A stretch of DNA of 64,000 nucleotides from IMG/VR virus record IMGVR_UViG_3300032046_000010, positions 29,063 to 93,062 of that record. One strand, given 5' to 3'. Positions 27,952-37,095 of this stretch are shown here, one piece after another. Made by a program: the position numbers and the translations under genes. The notes beneath the pieces were generated by a model, which saw only the letters and a list, made by a program, of their open reading frames with translations, was not told where the DNA came from and searched no databases. How positions within the stretch are numbered: the stretch's first letter is position 1; every line of letters starts with the position of its first letter. Source of the DNA: a virus.

Positions 27952-28350
27952 TCAGCCCTCCAGAACCCGGGCGGTGCCGAACCGCCCCACCCCAAGCCGC
28001 AGGTCCTTGGGTGTCCGTGTCTTGAGGTCGATGTACTGGATCTCGATCATCGCCTCACCGCTGTCGTTGCGTCCCAGGTTGGTGACGATGCGCTTCAGCT
28101 TCGCCCGCCCCTCCCGTTGGAACCTGGCAAAGCGCCGCTCGATGTACTCATGGATACGCCCGCGCACGGCTCCGTCGTTGATGTCGAACACGTTGTCTTC
28201 ACTGATGCCGACGTTCGTGAACGGGTTGTCGCACTCGCAATCGCTCAAGGACAGCGCGATGATCTTGGCCAGCTGCTCGCTCTCATCCTCAATCATCCGT
28301 GCCTTCCCGCCGGGACCAGGCAACACGGGAATCTGTAGACCTCGCAGCAT
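27952..28350 (-). CDS. Baseplate wedge gp25/gpW-like protein
   Basis: Size and position between spike and J; IEIQYIDL. Confidence 0.7.
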   Translation of the reverse strand: MLRGLQIPVLPGPGGKARMIEDESEQLAKIIALSLSDCECDNPFTNVGISEDNVFDINDGAVRGRIHEYIERRFARFQREGRAKLKRIVTNLGRNDSGEAMIEIQYIDLKTRTPKDLRLGVGRFGTARVLEG

Positions 28351-28506
28351 CGCCTCACTCCTTGAAAGAGGATACCGCGCCCGGGTCGCCGGACGGAACC
28401 CACACCAACTTCCTGCGTGCTTCCTGGGCCCCTTCCCTTGCTACATAGGGCGACCCAGGTGTTGACCTGAGAGGCTGCAGCGCAATGGAATAGCCTGGCA
28501 TCAAGG

Positions 28507-29229
28507 TCACTCCACCAGGTGTTTCGTGGAAAGGACTGAAGTTGGCGGTGGCGTAAGTGGCGGCGGTGATGGCGGGCTTGGCGGACCAGGAGCCGCTGTC
28601 GGGTGAACATGCCCGCTGAAAATGGGGATCAGAGTGCTGGTGATCCAGTTGACCAGGGTCTCACCCTTGACCAGGTGCTCCGTCGCTCCGGCTCCGACCT
28701 TGATGCCTGCCGCCTCCATCTCGATGCCGCTGGCCTTCCACTCGATGTAGTGCCCATCCTTGGAGAGCACCTTCACACCATTGGTGCTGAGCAACAAGCT
28801 GTTGCCGCTCTTGTCCTGTAGCAGCGCCTGTTCCTGCCCCTCCGTGTCATCAAACAGCAGGATGTTGCCGGCCGGGGTACGGATGCCGCGCCGCTTCGGG
28901 TAGTTGGTCTTGAAGTCATCCGGCAGCTGCTGTGCTTCGTTGTACAGCGCGGCCCGGTAGCGTGCGTTGGGTGCTACCAGTGACGACTCGCCAGGCATCT
29001 CATCAGACTTCATGCTGTCGGTCACTTCCAGCTCAACCTGGTCGCCCTCGTCAGGTGGAAAGAACCAGCCAGCCAACTTGCTCGACACGTAGGGGAAGCA
29101 CGGTTCAATCCAGTAGGGCAACTCACGGTCGGTGCGGACCAGCCCGGGGCATCGAGCCTTGATGCGCCCTCGCTGCTCCGGGTCCTCCACGTTGGTCACA
29201 ACCCCAATCTGGATCGTCACGTTCCTCAT
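28507..29229 (-). CDS. Baseplate central spike (gpV/gp5 OB-fold)
   Basis: GVVTNVEDPEQRGRIKAR, FFPPDEGDQV and HVHP metal-binding tip. Confidence 0.9.
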   Translation of the reverse strand: MRNVTIQIGVVTNVEDPEQRGRIKARCPGLVRTDRELPYWIEPCFPYVSSKLAGWFFPPDEGDQVELEVTDSMKSDEMPGESSLVAPNARYRAALYNEAQQLPDDFKTNYPKRRGIRTPAGNILLFDDTEGQEQALLQDKSGNSLLLSTNGVKVLSKDGHYIEWKASGIEMEAAGIKVGAGATEHLVKGETLVNWITSTLIPIFSGHVHPTAAPGPPSPPSPPPLTPPPTSVLSTKHLVE

Positions 29230-30689
29230 GACTCCAGCACCTTGTTCGCCTTGAACTCCGTCTTGAAGCCCTGGTCTGGAACAAACTTGTGACGGACCAT
29301 CGTCAGTTCCCAGTTGCCGTCAAGCCGCGCTCCCAGCCCCACCAGACGATGAACTTGACGTGCCTTCAGGGTCTCAATCCCGATCAACTCGCCGGTCCCG
29401 GTCACGAAGCTGTTGCGCCGCGCTCTCATCCACCTGCGCGCAAAGTCCAGCGCGTCTGCTGCGCTCGTGAACGGCCTGTCCGATACCACATCGATGGCGT
29501 GCCCAGCCGCAGCGATTCGCAGCGAGGTGGCTGATGTGATCTCTTCTTCAACGTGTTGTGTCTCGGTCCCGGCTCGCATCCGGCCGTCCGGCCGTCGTGT
29601 TGCCGTGTGGCGGGAGGCCCGGCCCGCGCCGCTCTGGTAACGGGGGTTTGAGCCTGCTTCGGTCGCGCCTTCCTCCGTGATGTACTGCCAGTCGCCGGTC
29701 ACCCGGTCCCAGTACATCACCTTGACCTCTGCCACGCCGTCGTCCAGGCTGTATTCCGGGTCAAAGCTCAGTAGCGTTGATTGACTCCCGGCCCGGTATC
29801 GGAAAGTGTAGATGGGGTCCTGGTTCTCAGGGAACGACCGCCAGTGTAGCACCCACACCTTCCGGCCGCTGTAGTCATAGTCCACCCAGAAGTCACGGCT
29901 GTTGACGTTGGCCAGTCCCTGGACCAGTGCATAGTCGCTCATGTCGCGCTTCTGAACCACATCGTCAACCCGGTCGGTGTCGTCCACTTCAGCCAGGAAC
30001 CCGTATTTGTCCGCGATGTTCCTGATGACCTCGCTGTGAGTCATCTGCGGGAACACCGCGCCCTCTTCATCGTCCTGCGCGCCCCTCCGCTCCGTCCGGC
30101 CGTTGCCCACCACCTTGATCTCGCTCCGCTCCCCCATCATCAGCTTGGAGGCATCGAAGCCGGTGATCTCCAACCCAGACATCCCCTCCTGCGGGAACCT
30201 GGGCGCATGACGCCACAGCTTAGCACGTCCCAGATGAACAGACCGACTGTATGGGCCGTAGCCTCCCAGGATGTCTACCTCGTTGCCGGGCAGGAACACC
30301 TTGTGGGATGTGAAGTCGGGCATCATCTGGTTCTCAGGGTCTGAAGCCTCGCCCAGCACATCGAACTGGTGAGACGGATTCAGGATGTGAATCTTGAGCT
30401 TGTCGCACATCCCGACAGCCGTCTCATACTCAACCAGTTGGATGAACCTGGTGATGTCCTGCCAGATCCACTCGCCCTCGACCTCGACCGCATAGAACGG
30501 TCCCAGGTCATCCCCGAACATCCGGCCTCCCGGCCCGCTGAACGACATCGCCGCAGCTGGATCAGGGGTCACGAACGGGTTGTTGGGCGACAACGCAATC
30601 GTGCGCGGGGTACGGAACCCGGGAACCCGCCCGCGTGGCGGTCCATAGAATGGGTTGACGCTGGACAGGGTCGGCGGCATCAGCTCCAT
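29226..30689 (-). CDS. Baseplate hub / late control D-like protein
   Basis: VVQKRDMSDYALV, GNWELTMVRHKF...GFKTEF; position. Confidence 0.82.
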   Translation of the reverse strand: MELMPPTLSSVNPFYGPPRGRVPGFRTPRTIALSPNNPFVTPDPAAAMSFSGPGGRMFGDDLGPFYAVEVEGEWIWQDITRFIQLVEYETAVGMCDKLKIHILNPSHQFDVLGEASDPENQMMPDFTSHKVFLPGNEVDILGGYGPYSRSVHLGRAKLWRHAPRFPQEGMSGLEITGFDASKLMMGERSEIKVVGNGRTERRGAQDDEEGAVFPQMTHSEVIRNIADKYGFLAEVDDTDRVDDVVQKRDMSDYALVQGLANVNSRDFWVDYDYSGRKVWVLHWRSFPENQDPIYTFRYRAGSQSTLLSFDPEYSLDDGVAEVKVMYWDRVTGDWQYITEEGATEAGSNPRYQSGAGRASRHTATRRPDGRMRAGTETQHVEEEITSATSLRIAAAGHAIDVVSDRPFTSAADALDFARRWMRARRNSFVTGTGELIGIETLKARQVHRLVGLGARLDGNWELTMVRHKFVPDQGFKTEFKANKVLES

Positions 30690-31441
30690 CTCCTGATGCT
30701 GTGGCTGATGTAGTCTCGGTTCAGCCGGTTGAAGGCTTGCTGCCGGAGTGTGACGAACGCCTCTGTGCGGACCAGCGGGATGGAGTACGGTTCCACCCTG
30801 TCATAGCGGAGGTCACGAGGGTCGGGGCAGATGACCAGTTCGCCTTCGGTCAGGATGGCCTGGTAGGGATGCCGCCTCCGCAACAGGTCGCCCAAGTGCG
30901 GGTTCAGGTAGATGGAGCTGGACACGTGTTCGTAGGTTTCGCCGCTCGCCGCTCTGTAGTAGCGCGTCCCAACCGGAGGCGCATTGGGGTCCGACAACTC
31001 GATGTCAAATGACGTGTAGCGGCGCATGGTGATGGACAGGACCGCTCCGCGCAGCGAGCCATCATTGCGCAAACTGTCGTACTTGATGCCGCCGATGCCC
31101 TCGACCACCACGCGCTCGTTGACGACCGTTCCCCAGACAAACCGGAAGATGTGCGGCCGTCCCAGGTCTGCGTCCGGCTTGATCAGGTCCTTGAGTTGCT
31201 TCAGCCGGTCATCGATGTTGTCCTGGCTGTGCTTGGCGAACAGCCGGACCTCGATGCGCACCTGCCGACTCTGTCCGTGGGTCCACTGCGTGATCGGGTC
31301 CTCACGGCTCAGCGCGAACACTTCACTGAACGATGTGGAGACTTCCTCACCCACGCTGATGGCGGGGTACTCACCCTCAAACTCATCGCCACCGTCCAGG
31401 TCGATGAGCTTCCAATGCTGCTGGTTTCCCGGCTTGCTCAT
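30680..31441 (-). CDS. Tail tube initiator with LysM-like domain
   Basis: FRFVWG, then GETYEHVSSSIY LysM-like segment; follows the TMP. Confidence 0.75.
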   Translation of the reverse strand: MSKPGNQQHWKLIDLDGGDEFEGEYPAISVGEEVSTSFSEVFALSREDPITQWTHGQSRQVRIEVRLFAKHSQDNIDDRLKQLKDLIKPDADLGRPHIFRFVWGTVVNERVVVEGIGGIKYDSLRNDGSLRGAVLSITMRRYTSFDIELSDPNAPPVGTRYYRAASGETYEHVSSSIYLNPHLGDLLRRRHPYQAILTEGELVICPDPRDLRYDRVEPYSIPLVRTEAFVTLRQQAFNRLNRDYISHSIRRWS

Positions 31442-31450
31442 CTCGCGCTC

Positions 31451-34400
31451 CTACGCCGGTGCCGGCAGGTCGGTTGCCCGAACCACCGCCGCTCTGCGTT
31501 GCCACGGTGTCGTCTCAAACCCGGCCCGCTCCCGCGTCTCACGGGTATGCCTGGAGCTAGCAGAGGACACGCAGCGTCCGTCAATGTTGGTCTGCGCCGT
31601 GATGTCGAAGTTGGCGTCAACCGTTGGTGCTCCGCCCGGGGTATCCTCCGGCCTTGGCGGAGTAGTCTGCGCCGCCCGCTCTGCCCCGATGGCTCCTGCT
31701 GCTGCTGGGAGCCGCGATGGGATCACCATCATCGTCGCCGGTCCTGCCGCCTCGACATATGACTTGGGAGCGGCTGCCTTGTCTAGCGCAGCTTGCCCCT
31801 CTTTGATCCTTCTGACTTGATCAATGATTCCTTGGGCTTGTGAAATGCCTCCCAGAATCCCGCTAACCTTGTCCCAGACCCATTGCAGTCCCTGTACGAT
31901 TCCGGTGATGACCGCTCCGACTGCTTTGAACGCAAGCGTCAGTGCCCCGCCGACCGTGTCCACCAACGGCTTGATGATGTTGTTGTAGACCCAGCCCAGC
32001 ACATCGAAGATGCCCATCACCACGACCTTGATGGCCTCAAACGCAGGCTTGAGATTCTCCCACAACCACTTGCCGATGGCAGAGATGACGCTGAAGATGG
32101 GCTGGAGAATGGACCAGATTGCTTGGAGCACCCCGTACACGAATCCCATCAGGACTCGACCGATCTCCCAGACGGCCGCAAGGATGGGTCGCAACACTGT
32201 CATGATGGTGTTGAAGGCGAATGAGAGGACATCGGCCAACCAACTGAACTCGTTGATCAGCCATGCCACCTTCTCACCAACCCAACCAACGATGGTTCCC
32301 ACGAACGCAAACACTTCACCAAGGAAGCTGAAGGCGTCCGACAGGATGCCCATCAGGGATGCCAACCCTTCCCTGATTCCGTTTACGAACCTCATCGTGA
32401 AGCCCCAAACAGCGTTCAGGATGGCGAACACACCGCTGAAGATGCTGGCGAGTCCGTTGGCCAGCCCGTAGATAGCCGCCCGAATCGAAGCGCTGAGGAT
32501 GTTCCACTGCTCGGCTAGACCGACCGTTAGCATGTTGAGAACGCTGCCAAGGTTCTGGACCACGGTCATGATGAAGCCGAACGTCTGCTGGATGGCCGGG
32601 ATGAGCGCTTGCGTGAACAGGAAGGTCACGCCGTCTGCGATGTCGAGCAGGATGCCACTCACCAGACTTGCGAAGCTACGCCACCAAGCCAGGATAGACT
32701 CGCCGCTGGTGGTGAAGACAGACACGATGTTGCTCCACACCGCCGACAGCATGTCCGCAAAGCTGATCACGGCAGGCATCAGGACCTCGCCCAGCTGCCG
32801 ACCGAACTCAATGACCGGCTTCAGGATGGCTTCAAAGACAGCCAACGCCCTCCGGCCAAACTCCACGGTCATGTCCTTCATCCGCAGCAGGGTGTCGGTG
32901 ACTGAGTCCCCATCTTCCCTGGCGGCGAGGAAGAACACACCAAGCGCCGCTCCTACGATTGCGAGGACAGGCAGGAGTGCGGTCATAGCCATCAGCAAGC
33001 CTCCCGCTCCGCTGATGATATTGACCAGACCGCCTGCGATCATCCCCACCCACTTCAAACCCATCATCAAAGGCATCAACGCCGCTGCGGCCATCGTGAT
33101 GACTGTGACCCACTTCATGATCTGCGCCGTATCGGTTTCCCCAAACACGCCGCCGATCTTATCAGCCATCTCGCTGAATGCCGACTTCACGGACGCCCAA
33201 GCGGAGCGGAGCGTGTTGAACCCGTACAACACGCCCAAAGCCATCTGAACGGTCGTGCGTCCAAACTCTTGCTCAAGCGCTGTGACGTCGATGATGCCGG
33301 ATGAGGTATCCTTGAGCCTGTTCAGCGTGTACAGGAACTTGTTCAGCGCCCCTACAGCATTCAGGACGGCCCCAGCCATCGGCTTGAGGAAGCTGACGAA
33401 CATCGTGATGCCCAATCCCTGGAAGCTGGACCTGAGCAGTTTGATGGCACCTTCCAAGTTGTCCAAGCGCCTCGCCGCCATTGCTGAAGCCGCACCGACC
33501 TTTCGGCCGTACTGGTCTGTCATGTCTCCCGCGTCTTGTAGCTCCGTCGTCAGCGCCCTCAGCGCGTCCGTTCCCTGCGCTTCCAATGCTCTGAAAGCGC
33601 GTGTGCCCGTATCCCTGAACAGCGTGAACAACAGCTGGTCACGCTTGATTGGATCTTCGATGTTGGTTAGCGCCGCTGATACGTTGTCCACGATGTCAGC
33701 AATGGGTCTGAGGCTCCCGTCCGCGTTGCGGAACGATAGGCCAAGCTGTGTCGCAGCCTTGGCGGCACGGGGCGTCATGGTCAACAGCCCCTTCAGCATC
33801 GCCTCCATCGCCGTTCCCGATTGACTCGACTGAAGGCCAGCGTTTGACATCATGCCCATCGCTGCGGTAGCTTCCTCAAACGACACACCGGATGAGGCTG
33901 CCATCATTGCGACGTATTTGAATCCCTCGCCCAGCCCTGAGATGGAAGTGTTCGTGCGAGCCGAAGCCAAGGCCAGCACGTCAGCGACTCGCTGAGAATC
34001 TGACATCTCCAAGCTCATGCCGCGCAACACGGTAGTGATGATGCTGGCGGCTTGCTCAAGCCCCATCCCTTCGGCCGCTGCCGCTCCCAACACGCCGCCG
34101 ATGGCGTCGATGGATGCCTGCGTGTCGAAACCAGCGCGTGCAAGAATCTCCAAACCTTGCGCAGCTTCCGTCGCTGTGAAGACAGTTGAGATCCCCAGTT
34201 CCATCGCCGTGTCGGCTAGCCGCTTCATGTCGGATTCCGATGCTTGCGACACCGCCGATACAGCGCCCATCTGTGCTTCAAACTTGTACGCCGAACGGGC
34301 CAAGTATCCTAGCCCGATTCCGACCGGCAGAAGCGCCATCCCCAGGCTGGAGAAACCAGAAGACATCGTTGCGATGGAAGCCTTGGCCCGCATCGCGCTG

Positions 34401-34504
34401 GCCTGAAGTCCCTTGAACCCCAGATTCGCCTTGTTCATCCCCGACAGCGCTTGTGTGCTGTCGAAGGTTAGGACTCCGCCCAGTCCGATGGTCTCATACG
34501 CCAT
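31451..34504 (-). CDS. Tail tape measure protein (TP901-type core)
   Basis: FEAQM..V.AV, TVFTATEAAQGL, DVLA...TNT and aromatic amphipathic repeats. Confidence 0.95.
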   Translation of the reverse strand: MAYETIGLGGVLTFDSTQALSGMNKANLGFKGLQASAMRAKASIATMSSGFSSLGMALLPVGIGLGYLARSAYKFEAQMGAVSAVSQASESDMKRLADTAMELGISTVFTATEAAQGLEILARAGFDTQASIDAIGGVLGAAAAEGMGLEQAASIITTVLRGMSLEMSDSQRVADVLALASARTNTSISGLGEGFKYVAMMAASSGVSFEEATAAMGMMSNAGLQSSQSGTAMEAMLKGLLTMTPRAAKAATQLGLSFRNADGSLRPIADIVDNVSAALTNIEDPIKRDQLLFTLFRDTGTRAFRALEAQGTDALRALTTELQDAGDMTDQYGRKVGAASAMAARRLDNLEGAIKLLRSSFQGLGITMFVSFLKPMAGAVLNAVGALNKFLYTLNRLKDTSSGIIDVTALEQEFGRTTVQMALGVLYGFNTLRSAWASVKSAFSEMADKIGGVFGETDTAQIMKWVTVITMAAAALMPLMMGLKWVGMIAGGLVNIISGAGGLLMAMTALLPVLAIVGAALGVFFLAAREDGDSVTDTLLRMKDMTVEFGRRALAVFEAILKPVIEFGRQLGEVLMPAVISFADMLSAVWSNIVSVFTTSGESILAWWRSFASLVSGILLDIADGVTFLFTQALIPAIQQTFGFIMTVVQNLGSVLNMLTVGLAEQWNILSASIRAAIYGLANGLASIFSGVFAILNAVWGFTMRFVNGIREGLASLMGILSDAFSFLGEVFAFVGTIVGWVGEKVAWLINEFSWLADVLSFAFNTIMTVLRPILAAVWEIGRVLMGFVYGVLQAIWSILQPIFSVISAIGKWLWENLKPAFEAIKVVVMGIFDVLGWVYNNIIKPLVDTVGGALTLAFKAVGAVITGIVQGLQWVWDKVSGILGGISQAQGIIDQVRRIKEGQAALDKAAAPKSYVEAAGPATMMVIPSRLPAAAGAIGAERAAQTTPPRPEDTPGGAPTVDANFDITAQTNIDGRCVSSASSRHTRETRERAGFETTPWQRRAAVVRATDLPAPA

Positions 34505-34679
34505 GACCGCCTCGCCGCTTCGCCAAGCTGTCTTGCCGTGATCGTTCTGCGCTCTTGACCTCCCGCTTCCGCTGATCGATCAGCCTCTGGAGCAGCCCAT
34601 GACGCCAGGCAGGCGTCATTGACTCGATGTCCCCCAGCGTGACGCTCGTGTTGTACGTCAGCTGGAAGACTTCATCCAT
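34494..34679 (-). CDS. Tail assembly chaperone, downstream (frameshift) ORF
   Basis: In the -1 frame of the upstream chaperone; lies before the TMP. Confidence 0.75.
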   Translation of the reverse strand: MDEVFQLTYNTSVTLGDIESMTPAWRHGLLQRLIDQRKREVKSAERSRQDSLAKRRGGHGV

Positions 34680-35506
34680 CAGCTCTTCCTCAGTGGAGAC
34701 TGGGAGGGCATGGAGAAAAAACCCTCACTGGCCCACTCCAGCAAGCCGAACATCTCGCTGGAGCACCGCTCGCAGCGCGACTCGATGAGCATCCGGGGTC
34801 CGGGGCTGTTGTCCTCGATGGACTTGGAGATCAGCTCCACGTCCCACTTGGACATCTCGTCCACATCCGCATCGAACAGTACCGGAGGCCCGTCCAGTCC
34901 CTCCGCCGTGACCAGAGCCGCCTTCAGCATCATGATCTGCCGCAAGCCCTCGTCATCGAAGCGGGAGACATCAAGCTGGCCCCAGACGGGAGGCTGGAGT
35001 GTCAACGACCGCCGGACCTGTCCTCCAATCTTCACGCCGTCCCGTAACTCCAGCGGCCAGGTCAACTGCTTCGTGTCGGTTGCGACCTCGACCTCCAGCG
35101 TGTCCAGGTCCCCAACGACCTGTTGTGCGTTCCGGCAGGCCGGACACCGCATCAACAGCGGGAACTGCGGACCCAGCGCCGCATACCTGATGTACAGGTA
35201 GGCGTACAGGATGTCTGCGAGGTACGCTTGCGAGAACACCAGCTTGCGCGTTCCCTTGTCCTCCATCGAAGCTACGTTGTGCGGCCCGAACTGCTTGACC
35301 AGCAGCGACATGGCAGCTTCCACGTAGGCTCCGACGCCGGAACCAGGACGGCGCATCTTGGCAAGCTCCCGCTCCTGCTTCATCTGGTACGGGATGAGGT
35401 CCAGAGCCTTGTCCAGAGTGCCCGCCGAAACCACCCCCACGGGTAGCTGGGAGCCCAACTGAGCCAACGTCTGGATCTTGTAGCGGGTCGGCTTCGTGTT
35501 CTTCAT
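34679..35506 (-). CDS. Tail assembly chaperone (duplicated CxxC domain)
   Basis: Between tube and TMP; CPAC and CERC; slippery site at the 3' end. Confidence 0.78.
   Translation of the reverse strand: MKNTKPTRYKIQTLAQLGSQLPVGVVSAGTLDKALDLIPYQMKQERELAKMRRPGSGVGAYVEAAMSLLVKQFGPHNVASMEDKGTRKLVFSQAYLADILYAYLYIRYAALGPQFPLLMRCPACRNAQQVVGDLDTLEVEVATDTKQLTWPLELRDGVKIGGQVRRSLTLQPPVWGQLDVSRFDDEGLRQIMMLKAALVTAEGLDGPPVLFDADVDEMSKWDVELISKSIEDNSPGPRMLIESRCERCSSEMFGLLEWASEGFFSMPSQSPLRKS
34716..34724 (-). other. Programmed -1 ribosomal frameshift site G GGT TTT TT
   Basis: The -1 frame reads FLHALPVSTEEEL directly into MDEVFQ of the next ORF. Confidence 0.8.
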
Positions 35507-35564
35507 GGTCAGCCTCCAAATGCCCGGTCAACGCCGGGCTTGTGAGACGGGACCGTCACCCGGT

Positions 35565-36005
35565 CTAGCTCGCCGGGATGACCTGGTCGGCCTTGAACGT
35601 CAGCTCCAGTTCCTGCATCTCCCCCTCGTTGGCCATCTCCGCACCCGGAATCTTGCGCTTGGAGATGTACAGGCCCATGAGGGTGTAGCTGCGGGGAACG
35701 CCGAAGCCCACGCGCTCGTACACGAGGGTGCCGACCTTCTTGTACAGCGGGTGCACGGGGTCCTGGCCCTGGACGTACCAGGCTTCCACCGCCGCCACTT
35801 CCACGTCGTGGTGCATCGGGAGGGTCGCCGTGAACTCCAGTGCCTTGCGCTGGCCACCGCTCGCCGTGGTCTTGTCCGGCAGGTCCACGGTCTCCAGTTC
35901 CTCATCGATGTCCCCGATGGTGGTCAGGGTCAACGGCGGGAGTCCCGCCACGATGAGCTTCCCCTTGTTCTTGGGGATGTGATTCGGTCGGATTGCGCCC
36001 TTCAT
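35565..36005 (-). CDS. Tail tube protein
   Basis: 146 aa, downstream of the sheath; T4 gp19-like pattern. Confidence 0.78.
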   Translation of the reverse strand: MKGAIRPNHIPKNKGKLIVAGLPPLTLTTIGDIDEELETVDLPDKTTASGGQRKALEFTATLPMHHDVEVAAVEAWYVQGQDPVHPLYKKVGTLVYERVGFGVPRSYTLMGLYISKRKIPGAEMANEGEMQELELTFKADQVIPAS

Positions 36006-36050
36006 CTTGTCACTTCCTTTCCCATCTCATCCGACTCGCTTGAGCATCCC

Positions 36051-36758
36051 CTACGGGATGCCGCCCGGGGCCAGCAGGCCGGACACGGCCAACGCGATGC
36101 GGTTGATCGCATCGCTCGCCGTCAGCGGAACCGCCGCCGCCCAGACCACGCCCAGACCGCCGGTCAGCGTGACCGGGAGGCCCGTGAGGTTCACCTGGTC
36201 GCCACCGGCCGGATTCTGGTGCGAAGCCGCGTGCGCCGTGGGGGTCCGCGCATTCGACAGGCGCGCATCATCGCCCGCGCAAGCATCCGTCGCGCCCGCT
36301 CCCAGAGTGCGCAGCGACGGGGTTGCCGCGATGGCGCCGCTGGTCACCCAGGAGTCCAGCTTGTCGGTCGCTCCCGTCTTGGGGATGACGTTCACCGCCG
36401 GGGTTGCCGTCGCCACCTGGTCCGCTCCGCCGTGCTTGTGCGTCGAAGCGTGGGTGCCCGGGAGGCCCGTGCTGGTGACGTTCTTCCAGGTGCTGGAGTC
36501 GCCATCGTACAGCATGAGGCTCGGCACGGAACCCGGCCCGGCCGATTCCTTCACGACGTACAGATCGCCATCCTCCATCCCCGTGGTGGGCAAGTCGCCC
36601 GGGACGGAGACCACACCCCTGATCTTGATCCAGGCCGCCAGCACGTCGAGCAGGCTGGCCAGATCCTTGCCTTCCGCACTGCCTCCCTGGGTCAGCCCTC
36701 CGCCGCCCTCGAACTGCTTGGCGTCCAGCGGAAACCCTGTCGCATTCCCTCGTGCCAT
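36051..36758 (-). CDS. Virion fibre/decoration protein (paralogue of 42412..43941)
   Basis: HASTHKHGGAD and HAASHQ fibre motifs; termini shared with the 42412 protein. Confidence 0.7.
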   Translation of the reverse strand: MARGNATGFPLDAKQFEGGGGLTQGGSAEGKDLASLLDVLAAWIKIRGVVSVPGDLPTTGMEDGDLYVVKESAGPGSVPSLMLYDGDSSTWKNVTSTGLPGTHASTHKHGGADQVATATPAVNVIPKTGATDKLDSWVTSGAIAATPSLRTLGAGATDACAGDDARLSNARTPTAHAASHQNPAGGDQVNLTGLPVTLTGGLGVVWAAAVPLTASDAINRIALAVSGLLAPGGIP

Positions 36759-36792
36759 GTTCCTTTCCTCCTGCCAGCGCTCCCGCGCCGCC

Positions 36793-37008
36793 TCATTCCT
36801 TCGTGACCCGTTGCGTCACGGTCGTTGCCGAACTGGGAACGGTCCCGGCGTTGTGGTCGGCCAACAGCTGGTTGAACTGGGCCGTCAGGTCGTTGACCTG
36901 GTCGATGAGCGCCCCCAGGACCTCGTACAGCGGGTCAGGCTGGCCATGGCTCTGATCAAGTCCGGCTCCGCCGTCGCCCAAGTACCTCTTCAGCTGTTTC
37001 GCCGCCAT
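36793..37008 (-). CDS. Small virion protein (coiled coil)
   Basis: GAGG SD, GC3-rich, LTAQFNQLLA heptads. Confidence 0.65.
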   Translation of the reverse strand: MAAKQLKRYLGDGGAGLDQSHGQPDPLYEVLGALIDQVNDLTAQFNQLLADHNAGTVPSSATTVTQRVTKE

Positions 37009-37095
37009 CTCAACCTCTCACTTCGGGGCGTGGCAGGTCGTGCGTCTGCCACTCAACTGCCACGTCATCCACCACGCCCCATCCTCCCGTACAGG

